From Chitinophagaceae bacterium (GTDB lineage: Bacteria; Bacteroidota; Bacteroidia; Chitinophagales; Chitinophagaceae), in the NCBI GenBank assembly GCA_025923075.1, contig JAICGN010000004.1:18832-58831 (forward strand): DNA of 40,000 bases, written 5' to 3'. The notes beneath the pieces were generated by a model that saw nothing but the letters and a program-made list of their open reading frames with translations, did not search any database and was not told where the DNA came from. The position numbers and the translations under genes were made by a program. Shown piece after piece: positions 10,064 through 16,864 of this stretch; positions within the stretch are counted from its first letter, which is position 1; each line of letters begins with the position of its first letter.

Positions 10064-10392
10064 AGATCAACGAGATTCGTTTTCCGACACAAGTATATTT
10101 TTCAGCCCTATCTGCTCGTCATTGAGACATGAAAATGTGTTCAGCCATCATAGCTTAAAAAAAGATTTTTGTCGGCGCCCGGACAAATCCCGCTGTCAAT
10201 CTGGCAAATTCCATTGCATTGGAACAAACCTTGCGTAGCCAGCATAAATTTTCAACTTAACTATTTTTTTCCGGCGCAGTCCCGGCAAATTGGCGATAAT
10301 ATTGCAGGCCGAGATCCAAAAAGACAATAGGCAATAGACAAAAGGACCGAAAACTTATTACTCATAACTCTTAACTATTAACTGAAACAACC

Positions 10393-12276
10393 ATGGTGCA
10401 GGAAAAAGGAACAATATCCATCAATACCGAGAACATATTCCCCATTATCAAAAAATTTCTTTACTCCGATCATGAGATCTTTTTGCGGGAGCTGGTGAGC
10501 AATGCCGTGGATGCCACACAGAAAATTAAAAGACTGGCTTCACTGGGTCATTATAAAGAAGAGCTGGGAGATCTGAAAGTGAAAGTGGCCGTTGATAAAA
10601 AGGCAAAGACCATCACGGTTTCGGACAGCGGCCTGGGCATGACAGCCGATGAAATTAAAAAATACATCAACCAGGTGGCTTTCTCCGGCGCTACCGAGTT
10701 CCTGGAAAAGTTTAAGGAAGCCAAGGATGCCAACGAGATCATCGGTCAATTTGGTTTGGGTTTTTATTCGGCTTTTATGGTAGCAGACAAGGTGGAGATA
10801 CAAACCCTCAGCTACCAGGATGGTGCCGCTCCGGCCTGCTGGACCTGTGACGGCAGCACTGAATTTGAGATCACCGACGGGAACAGAACAGAAAGAGGTA
10901 CTGATGTTATTTTATATATCAATGCAGATTCACAAGAGTTCCTGGAAGAGCATCGCATCAGGGAAATCTTGAACAAGTATGCAAAGTTTCTGCCAGTGCC
11001 CGTACAGTTTGGTACAAAAACAGAATCAGTACCTGATGGTGAGGATGCGGAGGGTAAGCCAAAATATAAAGAGGTGGAAGTGGATAATATCATCAATAAT
11101 ACCACACCCATCTGGACAAAACAACCAAATGAACTTCAGGATGAGGACTATCTTTCTTTTTACCGTGAGCTCTATCCTTTTGCTGAAGAACCCTTATTCT
11201 GGATACACCTGAATGTTGACTATCCATTTAATCTTACCGGTGTTTTATATTTCCCGAAACTGAAAAATGATTTTGAGATCACGAAGAACAAGATCCGTTT
11301 GTTCAGCCGCCAGGTATTTATAACCGATGACGTAAAAGATATCGTCCCTGAATTTTTATTGTTGCTGCATGGCGTCATCGACTCGCCGGATATTCCGCTG
11401 AATGTAAGCCGTTCATTTTTGCAGAGCGATAGCAATGTAAAAAAGATCAATAGCTATATTAGTCGTAAAGTAGCGGAAAAGCTGGGTGAGTTGTTCAGGA
11501 AAGACCGCAAGAGCTACGAAGAGAAATGGAATGATATCGGGCTCTTTGTAAAATACGGCGCCATCAGCGATGAAAAATTTTATGAAAAGGCAAAAGAATT
11601 CTTATTACTGGAAAATACAAAGCACGAAAAATATATACTGGAAGAATATGCCGCAAGGGTAAAGGATTTTCAGGAAGATAAGAACGGCAGGCTGGTGTAC
11701 CTGTACACGGCCGATGCGGAAAGACAGGACAGCTATATACAGGCGGCACATAAAAAAAATTATGATGTCTTGCTGATGAACTCACCGATTGATACTCATT
11801 TTATTCATCACCTTGAAATGAAGCTGGAAAAAACATCGCTGAAAAGAGTGGATGCCGATGTGATGGATAAGCTGATCGAAAAAGAAGATAGAGAGAAGCA
11901 CAAGCTCACAGAGGATGAAGCCGCAAAACTGAAAAGCATATTTGAGAAAGCGATCAACAATTCCAATATGCACGTAGAGATCGACAGCACACATGCGGAA
12001 GCCATGCCGGTAACCATTACTATGGAAGAATGGATGCGCCGTATGAAAGACATGAGCCGCCTGGGTGGTGGAATGAATTTTTATGGCAACATGCCTGATA
12101 CCTATAAAGTTTCAGTGAATGCCAATCATAAACTGGTGAATAAAATATTATCGGCTGATGAAGCACAGCAAACTGTACTGGCCAAACAAGCTTTTGACCT
12201 GGCCATGCTGGCCCAGGGTTTATTAAAAGGCGCTGATCTTACCGCTTTTGTTGAGCGTAGTGTGAATGTATTGTAG
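10393..12276 (+). CDS. htpG: molecular chaperone HtpG (Hsp90)
   Basis: GHKL ATPase motifs ELVSNAVDA, DSGLGMT and GQFGLGFYSAFMVADKV. Full-length 627 aa with an Hsp90 middle and C-terminal region. Confidence 0.97.
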   Translation: MVQEKGTISINTENIFPIIKKFLYSDHEIFLRELVSNAVDATQKIKRLASLGHYKEELGDLKVKVAVDKKAKTITVSDSGLGMTADEIKKYINQVAFSGATEFLEKFKEAKDANEIIGQFGLGFYSAFMVADKVEIQTLSYQDGAAPACWTCDGSTEFEITDGNRTERGTDVILYINADSQEFLEEHRIREILNKYAKFLPVPVQFGTKTESVPDGEDAEGKPKYKEVEVDNIINNTTPIWTKQPNELQDEDYLSFYRELYPFAEEPLFWIHLNVDYPFNLTGVLYFPKLKNDFEITKNKIRLFSRQVFITDDVKDIVPEFLLLLHGVIDSPDIPLNVSRSFLQSDSNVKKINSYISRKVAEKLGELFRKDRKSYEEKWNDIGLFVKYGAISDEKFYEKAKEFLLLENTKHEKYILEEYAARVKDFQEDKNGRLVYLYTADAERQDSYIQAAHKKNYDVLLMNSPIDTHFIHHLEMKLEKTSLKRVDADVMDKLIEKEDREKHKLTEDEAAKLKSIFEKAINNSNMHVEIDSTHAEAMPVTITMEEWMRRMKDMSRLGGGMNFYGNMPDTYKVSVNANHKLVNKILSADEAQQTVLAKQAFDLAMLAQGLLKGADLTAFVERSVNVL

Positions 12277-12284
12277 GAGTGAAT

Positions 12285-12317
12285 TTACTTTCTTTTGTTT
12301 GCCCCAAAAGAAAGTAA
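12285..12317 (+). terminator. 13-bp hairpin immediately after the htpG stop (putative terminator, no U-tract)
   Basis: TTACTTTCTTTTG (12285-12297) pairs perfectly with CAAAAGAAAGTAA (12305-12317). The loop is TTTGCCC. It starts 9 nt after the TAG stop. Confidence 0.55.
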
Positions 12318-12357
12318 TAAAGTAAAGGGCACCGGCAACGATGTACAGCCGTTGCCG

Positions 12358-12375
12358 TCCCGATAGCTATCGGGA
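12358..12375. repeat. REP-like perfect 18-nt palindrome TCCCGATAGCTATCGGGA
   Basis: Perfect palindrome. It is directly preceded by a second hairpin, CGGCAACG-N9-CGTTGCCG (12333-12357). Confidence 0.7.
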
Positions 12376-12927
12376 GTGAGTTAGCTTCAGTACTACTATT
12401 AACTGTGTTAAACAATTCTTATCCTCGACATCGACGATAGTTGTAATCTCTTCTGTTATCTGGACCTTTCTTTAGATTGCCGCAGTGTTGTGCTAGTATG
12501 AATGAAATTGCCAGCGCCTTCTTTTTCGTCTGCTTAAAAGAAACTGCATTCTTAAAGAATATAAACGAAAAAGACAGCGCCTTTCGGTGTTTCCAATAGC
12601 ACGACGCAACCTGATTCGAACTTTCAGTGCATAACAAAAGTATTTATGACCCGGGTTGACGCTCATGTGCGTTGGCCCGGCAAAACCTGCGGAGCAATAG
12701 GTTTAGCCTTGATCTTTTTGGTTCTTTTTGCATCAAAGCAAAAAGAAAAAAAACTATTCAATAATGTTATGTTCTTTCATTTGCTTGTGCAAAAGAAAGG
12801 GTTGATGTTTTACCATTTTCCCAAAAAATTCTTCCGCTTATACTTTTCATTAAGCGAATACCTGATTTTTACTTAGATTTAATTCCCCAATAAATTCTGC
12901 CATCTTTCTTATCAAAAATTATAGCTT

Positions 12928-15900
12928 ATGAAAAAAACAATTGCTTGTGTTGCCGCTATTATTACTGCAGCAAACGTATTTGCTCAAATCGATGCCGGGC
13001 TGTTTCGTTTTCCGGATGTATCACAAACCCAGATCGTTTTTACTTATGCAAATGATCTTTGGGTGATACCCAAAGAAGGCGGCACTGCTATCAAACTCAG
13101 CTCGCCTGCCGGTGTGGAAAGCTATCCAAAATTCTCACCCGACGGAAAGCGCATTGCTTTTAGCGGTAACTATGATGGTAACAATGATGCTTATACAATC
13201 CCGGTGACAGGTGGCGTGCCGGTACGGTTAACCAGTCATGGCTATTCTGACAGGGTGGTCGACTGGACAACCGATGGAAAAAAAGTTTTATTTGCTTCAG
13301 CCCGTGAAAGCGGGAAAGCAAGATTTAACCAGTTTTATACAGTGCCCGCTACCGGTGGCATGATCGAAAAACTTCCATTGGCTTATGCAGAGTTTGGTTC
13401 TTATTCTCCCGATGGAAAACAGATCGCTGTTGTATTTCGTTCACAGGTTGGCCGCAACTGGAAACGTTATCGCGGTGGATGGAAAGCGGATATCAACCTT
13501 TTCAATCTCACCAATCACGAATCAAAAACGATCGGGGCCGAAGCTGATGCCGGGAATGAATTCCCAATGTGGCATGGCAACGCGATCTATTTCTTATCTG
13601 ATCGCGGATCAGAACTAAGAATGAATCTCTGGAAATATGATCTTACTTCAAAAGCATATACGCAGCTTACTAATTTCAAAGATGATGATGTACATTATCC
13701 TTCGCTGGGACCTGATGATATCGTTTTCGAAGCGGGCGGTAAAATGTATCTCTATTCGATATCTTCCGGAAAACAAAAAACGATACCCATCACTGTGATA
13801 ACCGACAGAGCGATGCTGAAGCCAAAAATAGAAGCGGTCGATAAGCTGGTTCAAAACGTATCGATCAGTCCTGATGGTAACAGGGTATTGATACAGGCAA
13901 GAGGCGATGTATTTTCCGTACCTGCAGAAAATGGTTATGTAAAAGATATGACAAGAACTTCCGGGGCGGCAGAACGTTATCCTTCGTGGTCCCCTGATGG
14001 AAAGTATATCGCCTACTGGAGTGATCAGTCTGGCGAATATGAATTATGGCTGATGGAAGCAGATAAAGAAAATGCAACAAAGAAACTGACAGATTATGGC
14101 GCGGGTTACCGTTATCGTCCTTTCTGGTCGCCCGATAGCAAGAAGATCGCTTTTATAGATAAAGCCATGCGGATAAAGGTCTTTGACATCACCACCAATA
14201 AAACCACCGATGTTGACAAGGCCTTGCGCTATACACATGGGCGGCTCGAAGGTTTTACGGTAAGCTGGTCACCCGATAGCCGGTGGATGGCTTATCACCG
14301 CGACCTCGAGAACCAACATCAGGCCATCTATGTTTACGACTATACCAATAAAAAAAATAACACGGTAACCAGCGGGTTTTATGGATGCTTCAACCCTGTA
14401 TTTGATCCCGAGGGAAAATATTTATACTTCTTCACCAATCAGTCATTCAAACCTAACTACAGCGATATTGACAATACATTTATTTATCCCAATGCCACGC
14501 AGATCGCAGTGGTCACATTGAAAAAAGAAACGCCATCAGTACTTACCCCGAAAAATGATACGGTTGCCGTGAAGAAAGATGATGTGGCAAAGGATGATAA
14601 GGATAAAAACAAAAAAGATTCAGCGACCGCAAAAAAGCCGGATGGAAAAGCAATCACAATAGACTTTGACGGCATTGAACAAAGACTGGAATTACTACCA
14701 GCGGGCGCGGGTAATTACAGTTGGTTATCTGCTACCAAAGGAAAGATCATTTATATAAGATACCCGAATACCGGTGCACCCGATGGTAAAGGCACACTGA
14801 AATTTTGGGACATAGAAAAAAAAGAAGAAAAGACTATTGTTGATGGTGTGGATAATGCCCGTTTGTCTGCCAATGGACAAAAATTGCTGGTGGGCAAATC
14901 CGGCACCTATGTTGTGATACCACCAAACGAAAACCAAAAGTTTGAGAAAACATTGCCGCTTGCTGATATGCAGATGATGGTAGACCCAGTACAGGAATGG
15001 AAACAGATATTTATGGATGTATGGCGTTTTGAACGGGATTATTTTTATGATGCCGGTATGCATGGAGTCGATTGGAAAAAGGCAAAGGATCGTTATTTGA
15101 AAATGCTTGATGGCGCTATGAGCCGTGAAGAAGCCAATTTTGTTATTGGTGAACTGATCGGTGAATTGAATGCGTCACATACTTACCAGGGTGGTGGTGA
15201 TATAGAAGCTGCAAAGAATAAGGCAGTGGGTTATTTGGGTGTGGACTGGCAGCCTGATGGAGATAATTATAAGATCAAAAAGATCATCCGGGGTGCCACC
15301 TGGGATGCAGAAGTTCGTTCTGCACTCGATCAACCTGGTGTTACCATTAAGGAAGGTGATTATATTTTAGCAGTAAACGGTATCCCGCTGACTACTTCGC
15401 AGGAACCTTATATTGCATTCACAGGTCTTTCGAATAAAACAGTAGAGCTAACTTACAATTCAACGCCATCATGGCATGGGGCTAAAACAGCCATTGTAAA
15501 AACACTGGATGATGAATATCGACTACGCCATCTTGCATGGATCGAGAGTATGCGCAAACAAGTGGACGAGGCTACGAATGGAGAAGCAGGTTATATTTTT
15601 GTACCAAGCACAGGTATTGATGGACAAAATGAATTGACCAGACAGTTCAATGCGCAATGGGATAAAAAAGCATTAGTAATCGATGAACGATTTAATGATG
15701 GCGGGCAAATACCTGATCGCTTCATTGAAATGCTAAACCGTGATCCGCTTGCATTCTGGGCAATACGTGATGGCAGTGACTGGCCGTGGCCTCCTTTTGC
15801 AAATTTTGGTCCGAAGGTAATGCTCATAAATGGTTGGAGTGGTTCAGGTGGTGATGCATTCCCGGATTATTTCCGCAGAAAGAAACTAGGTCCATTGATT

Positions 15901-16185
15901 GGCGCCCGGACATGGGGTGGATTGATAGGCATCAGTGGTGTGCCGCCTTTGGTAGATGGAGGAGGGGTTACCGTACCTACATTCCGTATGTATAATCCTG
16001 ATGGCACCTGGTTCCAGGAAGGTCATGGCGTTGATCCTGACATTGCAGTGCCGGAAGACCTGGGCATGATGGCTAAAGGTAAAGATCCCCAATTAGAAAG
16101 AGGAATTACTGAAATAAAAAATCTATTAAAGACAAAAGGATATAAACCGCCGGCGAGACCTTCGTTGGAGAAGAGGGCATATTAA
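12928..16185 (+). CDS. tricorn-type protease homolog (peptidase S41 with TolB-like beta-propellers and PDZ)
   Basis: 1085 aa with a signal peptide. Many WSPDG/SPDGK propeller repeats are followed by a PDZ-like segment and an S41 core (LINGWSGSGGDAFP). This architecture is typical of bacterial tricorn homologs. Confidence 0.88.
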   Translation: MKKTIACVAAIITAANVFAQIDAGLFRFPDVSQTQIVFTYANDLWVIPKEGGTAIKLSSPAGVESYPKFSPDGKRIAFSGNYDGNNDAYTIPVTGGVPVRLTSHGYSDRVVDWTTDGKKVLFASARESGKARFNQFYTVPATGGMIEKLPLAYAEFGSYSPDGKQIAVVFRSQVGRNWKRYRGGWKADINLFNLTNHESKTIGAEADAGNEFPMWHGNAIYFLSDRGSELRMNLWKYDLTSKAYTQLTNFKDDDVHYPSLGPDDIVFEAGGKMYLYSISSGKQKTIPITVITDRAMLKPKIEAVDKLVQNVSISPDGNRVLIQARGDVFSVPAENGYVKDMTRTSGAAERYPSWSPDGKYIAYWSDQSGEYELWLMEADKENATKKLTDYGAGYRYRPFWSPDSKKIAFIDKAMRIKVFDITTNKTTDVDKALRYTHGRLEGFTVSWSPDSRWMAYHRDLENQHQAIYVYDYTNKKNNTVTSGFYGCFNPVFDPEGKYLYFFTNQSFKPNYSDIDNTFIYPNATQIAVVTLKKETPSVLTPKNDTVAVKKDDVAKDDKDKNKKDSATAKKPDGKAITIDFDGIEQRLELLPAGAGNYSWLSATKGKIIYIRYPNTGAPDGKGTLKFWDIEKKEEKTIVDGVDNARLSANGQKLLVGKSGTYVVIPPNENQKFEKTLPLADMQMMVDPVQEWKQIFMDVWRFERDYFYDAGMHGVDWKKAKDRYLKMLDGAMSREEANFVIGELIGELNASHTYQGGGDIEAAKNKAVGYLGVDWQPDGDNYKIKKIIRGATWDAEVRSALDQPGVTIKEGDYILAVNGIPLTTSQEPYIAFTGLSNKTVELTYNSTPSWHGAKTAIVKTLDDEYRLRHLAWIESMRKQVDEATNGEAGYIFVPSTGIDGQNELTRQFNAQWDKKALVIDERFNDGGQIPDRFIEMLNRDPLAFWAIRDGSDWPWPPFANFGPKVMLINGWSGSGGDAFPDYFRRKKLGPLIGARTWGGLIGISGVPPLVDGGGVTVPTFRMYNPDGTWFQEGHGVDPDIAVPEDLGMMAKGKDPQLERGITEIKNLLKTKGYKPPARPSLEKRAY

Positions 16186-16218
16186 ATGAATTATGAGTGA
16201 TGAGTGGGAGACACCATG

Positions 16219-16252
16219 ATTGCGGATACCGGTAGGATCCGCAATTTTTTTT
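16219..16252 (+). terminator. rho-independent terminator of the tricorn-type protease gene
   Basis: ATTGCGGAT (16219-16227) pairs with ATCCGCAAT (16237-16245) around a 9-nt loop. A run of 7 T follows. Confidence 0.85.
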
Positions 16253-16440
16253 ATGCCGGGTAGAATTGTTGTAGTCCAGGTGTCTGCCGCAGATGGAACG
16301 ATGTTCATAACAGCAAACAGTCGGCCCAATTGTACTCCGTTCATCCCCATTTTTGCAGATTCATGAAAATTTTTTATTGCGCCTAACTATTTATTAATAA
16401 ACACTTTAAGCAAAATTCCTACACCTATCACCTCTCCCTC

Positions 16441-16479
16441 CTAATAAATTAGTTATTCTACTAATGAATTAGTACTAAC
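16441..16479. promoter_or_regulatory. array of alternating ATTAGT/ACTAAT half-sites upstream of blaI (candidate operator)
   Basis: CTAAT(16441-45) aa ATTAGT(16448-53) tattct ACTAAT(16460-65) ga ATTAGT(16468-73) ACTAAC(16474-79). These form dyads with 6-nt and 0-nt spacers 23-60 nt upstream of the blaI ATG. Confidence 0.45.
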
Positions 16480-16501
16480 ATTGTGTTCAAATTATTTATC
16501 G

Positions 16502-16864
16502 ATGATAAAACTTGCGAAAAGAGAAGAACAGATCATGCAGGTATATTGGGAGCTTGGGAAAGCATTCATCAAAGAGGTAATCCCTCATCTCCCCGATCCG
16601 AAGCCGCATTATAACAGCGTTGCTACTATGGTGAAGATCCTCGAAGAAAAAGGTTTCTTAGATCATGATAGCGTTGGCAATCTCTATCGCTACTTTCCCC
16701 TCATCAGCCGGGAAGATTATCAAAAGCATGCCATGAAAGATATCGTTAGCCAGTATTTCGATAACTCTTATCCGCGGATGCTGGCGTTCTTTGCCAAAGA
16801 GCAAAAACTGAGCGAAGATGAACTGAAAGAAATTCTTCAAATGATTAAAACAGACAATCAATGA
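16502..16864 (+). CDS. blaI: BlaI/MecI/CopY-family transcriptional repressor
   Basis: About 120-aa winged-helix protein. Family-typical N-terminus (L..REEQIMQVYW....FIKEV), HYNSVATMVKILEEKGFL, YRYFPLISREDY. Its stop overlaps the downstream start as ATGA. ATG at 16502 is preferred over the TTG at 16481. Confidence 0.85.
   Translation: MIKLAKREEQIMQVYWELGKAFIKEVIPHLPDPKPHYNSVATMVKILEEKGFLDHDSVGNLYRYFPLISREDYQKHAMKDIVSQYFDNSYPRMLAFFAKEQKLSEDELKEILQMIKTDNQ

Noticed and set aside
10166-10190. Hairpin TTTGTC-N8-GACAAA as a terminator for the upstream lipoprotein gene
   Set aside because: No U-tract follows it on the plus strand (the T-run lies on the other side), and it is about 110 nt from the stop. 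It is kept only as part of the htpG-upstream repeat observation.
12606-12630. GTTCGAATC (T-loop-like) motif on the minus strand suggesting a tRNA
   Set aside because: The flanking bases do not form a T-stem. No acceptor, D or anticodon arms can be drawn around it.
12419-12876. ORFs 12419..12637 (-) and 12646..12876 (+) in the htpG-tricorn spacer
   Set aside because: Both have low-complexity, Phe/Lys-rich, implausible protein sequences, and they run across the hairpins and repeat elements. They are treated as non-coding.
14131-14280. CCCGATAGC strings inside the tricorn-type protease gene (14131-14139, 14272-14280) as further REP copies
   Set aside because: They lack the second half of the palindrome. 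They simply encode the recurring SPDS of the WSPD(G/S) propeller motif.
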